The notes under the pieces were generated by a model. It did not search any database. It was not told the origin of the DNA and saw only the letters and a list, made by a program, of their open reading frames with translations. Of a stretch of 47,477 bases of DNA, positions 34,429 to 43,161 are shown piece after piece. The DNA comes from Elusimicrobiales bacterium (GTDB taxonomy: Bacteria; Elusimicrobiota; Elusimicrobia; Elusimicrobiales; UBA9959). The stretch covers positions 1 to 47,477 of the forward strand of contig DAOPZW010000002.1 of the NCBI GenBank assembly GCA_035353595.1, given 5' to 3'. The translations under genes were made by a program, and so were the position numbers. The first letter of the stretch is position 1; each line of letters begins with the position of its first letter.

Positions 34429-35946
34429 ATGACCGTTCCCACCGGGAAAGACGAGCGCAGGAAGGACATGAAAGAGTTCTTTAATTTCATGGTCTTTCCC
34501 TTTTCGTTGGCAGTAATAAATTCCGCTTTTTTTAAAATGGCCATGGTCAGTTTAACCGGGCTTCCCGGCAGCCAGAAATACCTGGTGCATGTCAGTTCCG
34601 CCGGCTGGCTGGGGTCCGATTTCGGCTTTTCATTCGCCCTGATGATCTGCCTGGTCTATCTCTGGGGCCGGCCGGCTTATTTATATGTGCGGCAGCCCAC
34701 GGAACAGCTCAAAGAGATCCTGCGGCGCAGGATCGGCAATGTTTACCGGGACGCCCTGCTGATGCTGGTGCTGGTGCAGGCTGCCGCGTTCGCTATGCTT
34801 TCTGTAACGCCCGGCCTGGTCTCAAGAGCGGAACTTGCCGCCGCCGGGGTGTCCTTCTTTGCCCAGGCCGCCATGCTGGTGGTCTATATCGATTATCATC
34901 TGTCCGGTCAAAAGAACCTGATGCAGGCGCTGTACTCGGCCGAAGAATTATCCCGCCCCAAAGGCGGATTTTCCATCCCGGTATACATAAAACTCTCCAT
35001 GCTGATAATCGGGTTCGCGATAATCCCGTTCCTGCTGGTGGGCATTGCGGCCTCCAAACAGGTGCCCTGGGAACAGCTTAATCCGTACCTGATCTGGATG
35101 CTTTTTATTTCCGGCATCGTGCTGCTGCACGGTATCAATAACGTTTATTGCGGCATACAGAAACCCCTGGACGGCCTTATAGGCAGGATGAAGAACGTCG
35201 CCGGGGGCGATTATTCCAAGACCCGCATCTATTTCTCCGATGAAGTGGCCGCCCTGAAGACCGGCTTCAACGAGATGGTGGACGGGCTCAGGGAGCGCGA
35301 AGAGCTGCAGGACACCTTCGGCAAGTATCTTTCGATAGAAATAGCCAGGGAGCTGCTAAATAACAAGAAGGTGAACCTGGGCGGGGAGGACATGGAGGCC
35401 GCCGTGATGTTCTGCGACATCCGCAACTTCACCCCGCTCAGCGAGAAGCTTTCCGCCGCCGGGCTGGTAGAGTTCCTGAATAATTATTTCCGGTATGTGA
35501 CGCCGGCCATCACCGCCCACAACGGCGTCATAAACAAGTTCATCGGCGACGCCGTAATGGCTATCTATACCCCGATGCTCGGCTCGCATAACTTCGCGCT
35601 GGACGCCGTGCGCTCCGCCGTGGAGATGCGCACGGCGCTGGCGGAATACAACGCCTCCGGCGGCGCGCCGGGCAGGGTGGAGTTCGGCATCGGCATACAT
35701 TCCGGCAGGCTGGTGGGGGGTAATATCGGCACCCTTTCGCGGCTGGAATTCACTTTTATCGGCGACACCGTGAATATCGCTTCCCGCCTGGAATCTAAGA
35801 CCAAGGACCTGGATACCGATATCCTGGTTTCTCAGCCGGTGCTCGGGGGCCTGGGCGCGGACCGGGCCGGGTTCAGCTTTGAAAGCGTCGGCCGGGTCGC
35901 GCTGAAAGGCAAGGCCGAGCCGATGGAACTTTACAAGGTCCTCTGA
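34429..35946 (+). CDS. Membrane-anchored class III adenylate/guanylate cyclase with HAMP domain
   Basis: Six predicted TM helices. HAMP-like PLDGLIGRMKNVAGGDYS..EVAALKTGFNEMV. Cyclase core VMFCDIRNFTPLSE, FIGDAVMAIY, GIHSGRLVGGNIG and FIGDTVNIASRLES. Confidence 0.85.
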   Translation: MTVPTGKDERRKDMKEFFNFMVFPFSLAVINSAFFKMAMVSLTGLPGSQKYLVHVSSAGWLGSDFGFSFALMICLVYLWGRPAYLYVRQPTEQLKEILRRRIGNVYRDALLMLVLVQAAAFAMLSVTPGLVSRAELAAAGVSFFAQAAMLVVYIDYHLSGQKNLMQALYSAEELSRPKGGFSIPVYIKLSMLIIGFAIIPFLLVGIAASKQVPWEQLNPYLIWMLFISGIVLLHGINNVYCGIQKPLDGLIGRMKNVAGGDYSKTRIYFSDEVAALKTGFNEMVDGLREREELQDTFGKYLSIEIARELLNNKKVNLGGEDMEAAVMFCDIRNFTPLSEKLSAAGLVEFLNNYFRYVTPAITAHNGVINKFIGDAVMAIYTPMLGSHNFALDAVRSAVEMRTALAEYNASGGAPGRVEFGIGIHSGRLVGGNIGTLSRLEFTFIGDTVNIASRLESKTKDLDTDILVSQPVLGGLGADRAGFSFESVGRVALKGKAEPMELYKVL

Positions 35947-35951
35947 CCGCT

Positions 35952-36785
35952 ATGCTCCCGCTGCTTTACCTTACCGACGGCAGGAACAGGGACCTTATCC
36001 CCGACGAGGCCGGCATTGACCGCGCTTTCAGGGCCGCCGGGATCGAAATTGCCGTCAAGGTCTGGGACGAGACCGACTGGAACTCCTACGCGAACATCCT
36101 GATCCGGACCCCCTGGGATTACGCTTTGAAGACGGGGCTTTTCCTGGAGAAGCTCAGCGGCGCCGCGCAGCGGGGGGCGAACATCCTCCATCCCGAAAAG
36201 ACCGTGAGATGGAACATCGACAAGAGCTACCTCGTCGAGCTGTACCGCAAAGGGCACAAGGTGGTTCCCACCTATATCGAAGATGAGTTCGGGCCGGCAA
36301 CGCCGGGAAAATACTTCAAAAAGCACGGGACCCTGGTGCTGAAGCCGCGTATCGGCGCCGGCGGCAGGGATACGTTCAAAGTGTCCCCTGAAAGCGCTCC
36401 GTCGTCGTACGCGGCCTTGCGCGGCCGTTCCGTCCTGGTGCAGCCCTTCATCCCGGAAATAGAGACCGGCGGAGAGTACTCCTTCATATTTTTCGGCGGG
36501 GAATTCTCCCACGCGGTGCTGAAAAAAGCCCGCGGCGGAGAATTCCGCGTGCAGGACAGGCACGGCGGCACGGTGGAGGCTTACTCCCCGTCAGCAGCCG
36601 AGATCGGTGAGGCCGCGGCCCTGCTGCGCGGCGGCCCGGATACAGTTTATGCCCGGGTGGACGCCGTTAAACGCGGCGGGGAACTGCTGCTGATGGAGCT
36701 TGAGATCCTCGAGCCGGAGCTGTTCTTCAGGTTTTCCCGCGACGGCATGGCCCGCTTCGCCGCCGCCGTGCGGAAGAGATTATGA
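35952..36785 (+). CDS. ATP-grasp domain protein (RimK/glutathione-synthetase-like fold), substrate unknown
   Basis: LKPRIGAGGRDTF, LVQPFIPEI..GEYSFIFF, FRVQDRHGG and LLMELEILEPELFF. No clear SD; the ATG is 5 nt after the cyclase stop. Confidence 0.65.
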   Translation: MLPLLYLTDGRNRDLIPDEAGIDRAFRAAGIEIAVKVWDETDWNSYANILIRTPWDYALKTGLFLEKLSGAAQRGANILHPEKTVRWNIDKSYLVELYRKGHKVVPTYIEDEFGPATPGKYFKKHGTLVLKPRIGAGGRDTFKVSPESAPSSYAALRGRSVLVQPFIPEIETGGEYSFIFFGGEFSHAVLKKARGGEFRVQDRHGGTVEAYSPSAAEIGEAAALLRGGPDTVYARVDAVKRGGELLLMELEILEPELFFRFSRDGMARFAAAVRKRL

Positions 36786-36840
36786 AAATGGACTAAAAAG
36801 GCCCCAAACCTTCCGGTTACTCCCCATATTCAGAGAAAAC

Positions 36841-37101
36841 GGAGTGGCAGCCGGGGTTTGGTGGAGCAAACCCTCACGGAGGCCGACGCTTGCGTAAGCG
36901 CGGAGGCCGAGTGGGGAGTGGCGGCCACGGTGAGGCCCGGCTTTAGAGCGAGGCATAATTATGCCTCGCGTCCGGGCCGCAAGGGCGGAGGCAATTTTTA
37001 CAGCGAAAAATTGCCGAGCCGGGGTCGCGGAAAACCGCTATGCGGTTTATCCGTGACTGCGCGACCACGTGTTTGCGCAACCAAACCCCGGTTGCCACGA
37101 C
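36841..37101 (+). repeat. Nested-palindrome intergenic element, copy D (full length, rearranged module order)
   Basis: Arms gtggcagccggggtttgg and ccaaaccccggttgccac. The 22-bp palindrome is at 36948-36969 and the hairpin at 36990-37015. The gcgtaagcgcggaggccgagtggggag module precedes the core here, whereas it follows the core in copies A and C. Confidence 0.85.
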
Positions 37102-37182
37102 TGAGATCCCGCCGCTTTGCGGTTCTAGTAAAATTTCCCCGGACGCTAAAACAAAACCGAATAAGGTAAAATATCGTTTATT

Positions 37183-37992
37183 ATGAAAGAAACGCGCAAC
37201 CTTATAAAAATCCTTGCCGAAGCCATTGACAGCGGCCGAACCGCGGCCTTTGTCACCGTAATCGCGGTGGATGGTTCCACGCCCCGGGAAGCCGGCGCGA
37301 AAATGCTGGTGTACGAGGACGGTTCCATAGAGGGCACCGTGGGCGGCGGCACCATAGAGGCGCTGACCATAAAAAAAGCCGTGGAATGCCTTAAGCAGGG
37401 CGCGGGCGGGAAATTTGTTTTCGACTTGAAGCCCAAGGGCAATACGGGCATGATCTGCATGGGCAAGATGGAAGTTTTCGTGGATGTTTATAAAAACCCC
37501 TTCAAAGTGCTGATCCTGGGCGGCGGCCATGTGGCGCTGAAAATAGCCGAGGCCTGCCGCCTGGCCGGCTATCCTTACTCGGTGGCCGACGACAGGCCGG
37601 AGTTCGCCAACGCGGACCGCTTCCCGGCCGCCCTGGCTGTAATTAACGAGCCGCCGCATAAAGCCGTAGCGTCGGCCGGCGTGGACAAGGATACGTACGC
37701 GGTAATAGTCACCCGGGGCCACGCGCTGGACAAGGAATGCCTTGAAGCGCTTATGAAAACTCCGGCGGCCTATATAGGCATGATAGGCAGCGCCCCCAAG
37801 GTGGGCGAGATATTCCGCCTTTTAGGGAAAAAGAAGCTTTACCCGCTGAAAGACCCGCGCGTGCATTCTCCCGTAGGCCTTAACCTGGGGGGGAAGGCGC
37901 CGGGCGAAATAGCCGTCTCCGTGCTGGCCGAGATAATTAAGGTCCACTACCGGCGCGACGGCGCGCACATGCGGCTGTCTGAAAAAGCCTGA
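37183..37992 (+). CDS. xdhC: XdhC/CoxI-family molybdenum-hydroxylase maturation factor
   Basis: AFVTVIAVDGSTPREAGAKMLV..DGSIEGTVGGG (XdhC N-terminal domain) followed by a Rossmann-like VLILGGGHVALKIAE (XdhC C-terminal domain). Confidence 0.85.
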   Translation: MKETRNLIKILAEAIDSGRTAAFVTVIAVDGSTPREAGAKMLVYEDGSIEGTVGGGTIEALTIKKAVECLKQGAGGKFVFDLKPKGNTGMICMGKMEVFVDVYKNPFKVLILGGGHVALKIAEACRLAGYPYSVADDRPEFANADRFPAALAVINEPPHKAVASAGVDKDTYAVIVTRGHALDKECLEALMKTPAAYIGMIGSAPKVGEIFRLLGKKKLYPLKDPRVHSPVGLNLGGKAPGEIAVSVLAEIIKVHYRRDGAHMRLSEKA

Positions 37993-38230
37993 AGCCGCTT
38001 TGCCGGCGGGTACAGCGGCTGCCGCGGATAACCCCGGCCATATATATAGCTTTCGCGAAAAAGTTATAATAAGGGCGGGGCTTGCAGGCCAAAGCCGGGG
38101 GGCTTCTTGATCGGCGCAGCTTCGGCTATAGCCGGCGCGGTAAGGACGCTGCCGGAGCGCGCGTGAATTCGGCGCGCCGCTGCCGGGAAAGATGAAAGGA
38201 ATTTGAAAAAATCAGGCGCGGGAGAGCACT

Positions 38231-39538
38231 ATGAAAAATGTATTTAAAGTTCTGCTGACGGGGTTTCTGTTCCTGTCCGCATTTTCCGCCAGGGCATACG
38301 CCGAGGATAAATACTCGCAGCTGGCCTCTGAAATAAGCACCGCCGGCTCGGAGATCTACGGCAAGAAAATAGCCATCATCCCCTTCTCCTACGCCGACGG
38401 CCGGGCAGGCGCCACCAAGGACGGCTCAGTGATCTCCGAGCGGCTCACCATAAAGATGATCAATATGCACAAGTTCGAGATAATCGAACGCAGCGTGCTG
38501 GACAAGGTGATGAACGAATTGAAACTGCAGTCCTCCGGCGTTATAGACGCCTCCAGCGCCAAGCAGCTGGGCAAGGTGCTGGGCGTGGAAGCCATCGTCA
38601 CCGGCACCCTGGTGGAAATGCAGGCCGGGGAGATAGAGGTCAACGCCCGCCTGATCAAGACCGAGACCGCGCAGGCCATAGGCGCTTCGCAGATCGCGGT
38701 TAAAAAAGACTGGGTCGGCGACGCCACCACCGCCCAGCAGCGGCCCGTTTACCAGGAGGCTCCCCAGCAGCAGTACCAGCAGCCGGTCTACCGGGAGGCA
38801 CAGCAGCCGGTTTACCAGCAGCCGGTGTCCAAAAATTACGTACGGCAGAAAGGCCAGTATGAATACGGCTATTTCGATATCTTCATGGGTTTGGGCTCAC
38901 CCAATATCGCGCTGGAATTCGAGAACCCGAACAACACCATCTACCTTACGGCCCTCGATATTACCGGCCCGTCCAACGGCCCTTACCGGTCCGTGAAATG
39001 GGATAAACTGGAAACGGCGGGTTTTGGCCCGCTGTCGATGCGCGTCGGCGGCTATGGCAACGGCAATGTCGGCGGGGCTTTTGAGTTCGGCGTGGAAAGG
39101 CGGAATATCAAGCCCCAGACCACAACCTGGAGCCTTAACGGCCACGCCCCGGGGACTTTTACTTTCAGCAGGGAGGATTACCTTACCGTCACCTCGTTCT
39201 ATATGGCCGGAAACCTTATGGTCCGGTTCACGAAAAAGACCGTGGTGGAGCCGTACATGGGGCTCGGGCTCGGTCTTTCGCTCAACGCTATCAGCCTGCC
39301 GTATGTTAAAGGGTATACCAACACTTCCACTTTCTCCACCCCCACGGACGATTTCGGGCTGGGCCTGGTTTTTAATGTGCCTTTCGGTGTAAGGATAAAG
39401 ACCGGCACCATGCAGCTGGTGGCTGAAATGCGGTTCCAGCTCAATACGATGTCCTTTGACAGGGGCATAACCGGTGAAAGCGACACCATTACCGTCAGCG
39501 GCGGGTATTTTAACGTCGGGCTGGGCTTTAACTTCTAG
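38231..39538 (+). CDS. Outer-membrane protein: FlgO/LpoB/CsgG-like N-terminal domain, Gln/Pro/Tyr-rich linker, C-terminal beta-barrel
   Basis: Signal peptide ..FLSAFSARAYA. KIAIIPFSY..ISERLTIKMI..FEIIERSVLDKVMNELKLQ..VEAIVTGTL. The linker is QQRPVYQEAPQQQYQQPVYREAQQPVYQQPV. The alternating beta-strand C-terminus ends GLGFNF. Confidence 0.7.
   Translation: MKNVFKVLLTGFLFLSAFSARAYAEDKYSQLASEISTAGSEIYGKKIAIIPFSYADGRAGATKDGSVISERLTIKMINMHKFEIIERSVLDKVMNELKLQSSGVIDASSAKQLGKVLGVEAIVTGTLVEMQAGEIEVNARLIKTETAQAIGASQIAVKKDWVGDATTAQQRPVYQEAPQQQYQQPVYREAQQPVYQQPVSKNYVRQKGQYEYGYFDIFMGLGSPNIALEFENPNNTIYLTALDITGPSNGPYRSVKWDKLETAGFGPLSMRVGGYGNGNVGGAFEFGVERRNIKPQTTTWSLNGHAPGTFTFSREDYLTVTSFYMAGNLMVRFTKKTVVEPYMGLGLGLSLNAISLPYVKGYTNTSTFSTPTDDFGLGLVFNVPFGVRIKTGTMQLVAEMRFQLNTMSFDRGITGESDTITVSGGYFNVGLGFNF
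38735..38828 (+). repeat. Short in-frame tandem repeats encoding the (Q)QQPVY(Q/R)E linker
   Basis: cagcagcggcccgtttaccaggag, cagcagccggtctaccgggag and cagcagccggtttaccagcag. Confidence 0.6.
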
Positions 39539-39674
39539 CGGAGGTCTTTCTTCAGCTCCCGGCCGGAGCAGGGGATGAAAGATTCGCGTCGTCCCGCCGG
39601 CTTGCGTCCCGGACAGTCTGCGTAGAAGCCGGGCGGGTCCGTCCGGGCAAGTTTTTACTGAGGCTTGGGAAAAA

Positions 39675-41366
39675 ATGAAAAAATTGCTTGCCGCAGCTCT
39701 TTTTGCCTGGCCCTGCGCCGCCGCGGCGCAGACCGCCGCCGCCGACCCGCTGCTGGCCGCGCTGAAAACGGAATTAGCCCGCAGCGTGGCCGGCCTTAAG
39801 AACGCCGAACCCGCGCCGCTTTACTACCTGGGTTACGAAGCTTACGACCGGACCAATTATTCCTTATCCGCCCGCCTCGGGTCGCTGTCCAACGAGGATT
39901 ACCGCCGCAGCCGCCAGCTGGATGTGGACGCGCGCGCGGGTTCCGCGGCGCTGGATAATACGCACGAATTCAAAGGCGGGAACTCCTCCGGCAATTCCAA
40001 ACAGCAGCGCTATTTCTCCCTGCCGGTGGAGGACGACGCCGCGCCGCTGCGCGCCGAGATCTGGAGCCTTACCGACCAGGCTTACAAGACCGCCCAGGAC
40101 CAGTACGCGAAAGTGCAGATGAACAAAAGCGTGACGGCCGAGGAGGAGGATAAGTCCGCGGATTTCTCTTCGGCGCCGGTGGCCGGTTTCTACGAGAAGG
40201 CAGTATTCCCGGATATCGACAAGGCCCGGTTCCGGGCTATGGCGCGCCGGCTTTCAGAGAAATTCAAGCCGTACGATTTTATCTACAACTCCGAAGTAAG
40301 CCTGATGGCGGAGACCGTAAACCGCTATATGGTCAATTCCGAGGGCGCCGGCATCGTTACCGGGAACACCTACGTGCGTTTCATCTATTCGCTCTATACC
40401 CGCACTCCCGACGGAATGGACCTGTCACGCGTGAAGATCTACGACTCTGATACCCCGGGCGAAATACCGGGCGAAGCCGTGATAGGAAAGGATATCGACG
40501 CTTCCATCTCCGAGCTTAAGGCTCTGCGCGACGCGCCTCCGGAACAGCCCTACAGCGGCCCGGTACTGCTTGAGAGCCGCGCTGCCGGGGTGTTCTTCCA
40601 CGAAATACTGGGGCACCGGCTGGAAGGCCACCGTCAGAAAAGCGAGGATTCCGGGCAGACCTTCGCAAAAAAAGTCGGCCAGCCCATAATGCCTTCTTTC
40701 CTGAGCGTCTTCGATGACCCTTCGCAATACCGCTACGGCAGCCAGTTCCTGCGCGGCTTTTACCGCTACGACGACGAGACCGTGCCCGCGCAGAAGGCCG
40801 AGCTGATCACCGGCGGCGTCCTGAAAGGCTTTTTGATGAACCGCTCGCCTATCAGGAATTTTCCCGTCTCCAACGGGCATGGCCGCCGCAGCGACGGGCG
40901 CGGCCCCGTTGCCCGTATGGGCAACCTTATAGTCGTTTCCACGAAAACTGTTCCTTATCCGGAGCTGCGCGCCGCGCTTATCGGCGAGGTTAAAAAAGCG
41001 GGCAGACCTTACGGCCTGGTGGTGACCGACATTTCCGGCGGGTTCACCATTACCGACCGGTACCTGCCCCAGAGCTTTTCTGTGAACGTTACGCTGGGTT
41101 ATAAAGTTTACGCCGACGGCCGCCCGGACGAGGCCGTGCGCGGGCTTAACCTTATAGGCACCCCGCTGCAGACTTTCTCGCGCATAGTGCTGACCGGCGA
41201 CGACTACGGCGTATTTAACGGCACCTGCGGCGCCGAATCCGGCTGGGTGCCGGTGTCGGCGGTGGCCCCGAGCCTGCTTTTTTCCGAAATGGAAACAGAG
41301 AAAGTGCAGAAGGCCAACGACAAGCCGCCCGTGCTGAAACCGCCTTTTACGGACAAAGGCTTATGA
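39675..41366 (+). CDS. TldD-like metallopeptidase with N-terminal signal peptide
   Basis: MKKLLAAALFAWPCAAAAQ. HExxxH in FFHEILGHRLEGHR. GHGRR..GPVARMGNL. TldD/PmbA family length. Confidence 0.8.
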   Translation: MKKLLAAALFAWPCAAAAQTAAADPLLAALKTELARSVAGLKNAEPAPLYYLGYEAYDRTNYSLSARLGSLSNEDYRRSRQLDVDARAGSAALDNTHEFKGGNSSGNSKQQRYFSLPVEDDAAPLRAEIWSLTDQAYKTAQDQYAKVQMNKSVTAEEEDKSADFSSAPVAGFYEKAVFPDIDKARFRAMARRLSEKFKPYDFIYNSEVSLMAETVNRYMVNSEGAGIVTGNTYVRFIYSLYTRTPDGMDLSRVKIYDSDTPGEIPGEAVIGKDIDASISELKALRDAPPEQPYSGPVLLESRAAGVFFHEILGHRLEGHRQKSEDSGQTFAKKVGQPIMPSFLSVFDDPSQYRYGSQFLRGFYRYDDETVPAQKAELITGGVLKGFLMNRSPIRNFPVSNGHGRRSDGRGPVARMGNLIVVSTKTVPYPELRAALIGEVKKAGRPYGLVVTDISGGFTITDRYLPQSFSVNVTLGYKVYADGRPDEAVRGLNLIGTPLQTFSRIVLTGDDYGVFNGTCGAESGWVPVSAVAPSLLFSEMETEKVQKANDKPPVLKPPFTDKGL

Positions 41367-43072
41367 AAAAATTTACCGCGAACCTGTTCTTTATTTTTTT
41401 AGCGGCCTGCCCGGCGGCGGCCGCCGAAGACGTGGTGCTCAAAGCCATGTCGGACGAGATGCAGCGCACCGTGCAGAAACTGCAGATGGACAGCCTGGAT
41501 AAGCCGTATTTCGCGTCCTACTACGTAATGGATTCCACCGAAAGCTCCATTTCGGCGGTGTTCGGCTCCCTGCGCGACGATACCGCTTATATTTCGCGCA
41601 ACGCCGCGGTGGACCTGCGCGTGGGGACCATGGCTTTCGACAGCTCCGGTTATATCGGCCAGGATTTCAACGGCTATAAGCCCGGCTCCGATCCCCTCAA
41701 CGAGGAGGACGGCTACGACGCGCTGCGGTTCTCGCTGTGGTCGCTGACGGACGAAGTCTACAAGAAAGCGCTGGAAAAGTATTCGCAGAAAAAAGCGTAC
41801 CGGAATAAAAAGAACATTACCGAACTTTACGGCGACCTGTCGGCGGAAAAACCGGAGTCTTACTTCTCCGACCGGGAAAGCCCGGAGCCTTACGACCCCG
41901 CGGCCTGGCGCGAGAAGATAAAAGAGCTCTCCGCCGTTTTCCGCGCCTATCCCAAGGTGCAGGGCTCGCAGGTCTCTTTCGACAGGGCGCTGCGCACGGT
42001 GCGCTTCGTGAACAGCGAAGGCACGCGCTACCGCTACTGGTGGGATAAGGTCAGCATGGACGTCCGGGCCACGGTGCAGGACAGGACCGGGCTGCGCATA
42101 GCCGACGAAAAAAAATTCGCCTGGCGCTCCCTGGCCGCGGTGCCGCCTTTAAAGGAACTGGCCGCCGAGATAGAGACCTTCGCCAGGAATATGAGCTACA
42201 TGGTGGATTCTTCCACCGCCGAGGTTTACCTGGGGCCCGTGCTCTTCGAAGACCAGGCGGCGGCGGAGTTCCTCAACCAGCTGTTCGTCCGCAACATCTC
42301 TTTCGCCCGCACTCCCTGGGCCGACCGCGAGGAATGGGTGCATTATTATATAGATTCCGGGGAACTGACAAAGAAGCTCAATATGCGGGTGCTGCCGGCG
42401 TTCATGCAGGTTTCCGATAACCCGCTGGCGGACTCCTACGCCGGCGTGCAGCTGAACGGGAGCTACCCTGTGGACAACGAGGGCGTGCGGCCCGCCCCGC
42501 TGGAGCTTGTGAAGAACGGGAAGCTGACCGGTTTTTATATGGGCCGCGGCCCGGTAAAGGAATTCCGCAATTCGAACGGGCACGGGCGGGGTTTTTACAA
42601 TGAATTCTCCTCGCCGCGCCCCGGCAACGTCTTTTTCTCGGCGAACCCGGATAAGCGCGCCGCCCCGGCGACCCTGAAAAAGGAACTGCTCAGGCTGGCC
42701 GCCGAGAACGGGCTCGACTACGCGCTGCTGGTCCGGCGCCTGGATACGGAAGACCAGAAAAAATCCGAGGACCTGCTGGCGGGCCCGGTGCTGGCTTACA
42801 AGGTGAGCGTTAAGGACGGGTCTGAAACCGTTCTCGGCGGGGCGGAGTGGACCGGCGTCACTTTCCGGGCGCTGCGCGACATCCTGCTCGTTTCCGACGC
42901 GGACTACGTCTACAACTATTACCAGCCGGGGCCGTTCCTGTACAACCGCGGCTATGTCCCGGCTTCCATAATAGCGCCCGGCGCGCTGCTGGTGCAGGAA
43001 ATGGAACTGAAGCCGACCGACAGCAAGCCGGACCGGCAGCCTTACCTGCCGCACCCGTACTTCGCTAAATAA
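41363..43072 (+). CDS. PmbA/TldE-like (TldD/PmbA family, no HExxxH) protein with lipoprotein-type signal
   Basis: MKKFTANLFFIFLAAC (lipobox LAAC). Colinear with the preceding gene (GPVLFEDQAAAEFL, NGHGRG..PRPGNV) but lacking the zinc motif. ATGA overlap with the upstream gene. Confidence 0.75.
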   Translation: MKKFTANLFFIFLAACPAAAAEDVVLKAMSDEMQRTVQKLQMDSLDKPYFASYYVMDSTESSISAVFGSLRDDTAYISRNAAVDLRVGTMAFDSSGYIGQDFNGYKPGSDPLNEEDGYDALRFSLWSLTDEVYKKALEKYSQKKAYRNKKNITELYGDLSAEKPESYFSDRESPEPYDPAAWREKIKELSAVFRAYPKVQGSQVSFDRALRTVRFVNSEGTRYRYWWDKVSMDVRATVQDRTGLRIADEKKFAWRSLAAVPPLKELAAEIETFARNMSYMVDSSTAEVYLGPVLFEDQAAAEFLNQLFVRNISFARTPWADREEWVHYYIDSGELTKKLNMRVLPAFMQVSDNPLADSYAGVQLNGSYPVDNEGVRPAPLELVKNGKLTGFYMGRGPVKEFRNSNGHGRGFYNEFSSPRPGNVFFSANPDKRAAPATLKKELLRLAAENGLDYALLVRRLDTEDQKKSEDLLAGPVLAYKVSVKDGSETVLGGAEWTGVTFRALRDILLVSDADYVYNYYQPGPFLYNRGYVPASIIAPGALLVQEMELKPTDSKPDRQPYLPHPYFAK

Positions 43073-43161
43073 AACCTGGAAGGTCTTGCCCGGATGAACC
43101 CATATGGTGTCGTGAATACCAGCGCTGCCGCAACGCTCCGGGCCGCGCGCGGAGGCGTCCG

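Noticed and set aside
17449-37101. Possibility that the repeated palindromic sequences are a CRISPR array
   Set aside because: The copies are 127-268 bp, 2.5-11 kb apart, separated by housekeeping genes, present in both orientations and internally variable. There are no short regular repeat-spacer units and no cas genes.
37993-38230. Possible degenerate element arm (..aaccccggcc.. and gcggggcttgcaggccaaagccgggggg) in the long xdhC-OMP intergenic region
   Set aside because: Only short GC-rich words match the element arms. No alignable arm, palindrome or core hairpin is present, and the similarity is within what GC-rich sequence gives by chance.
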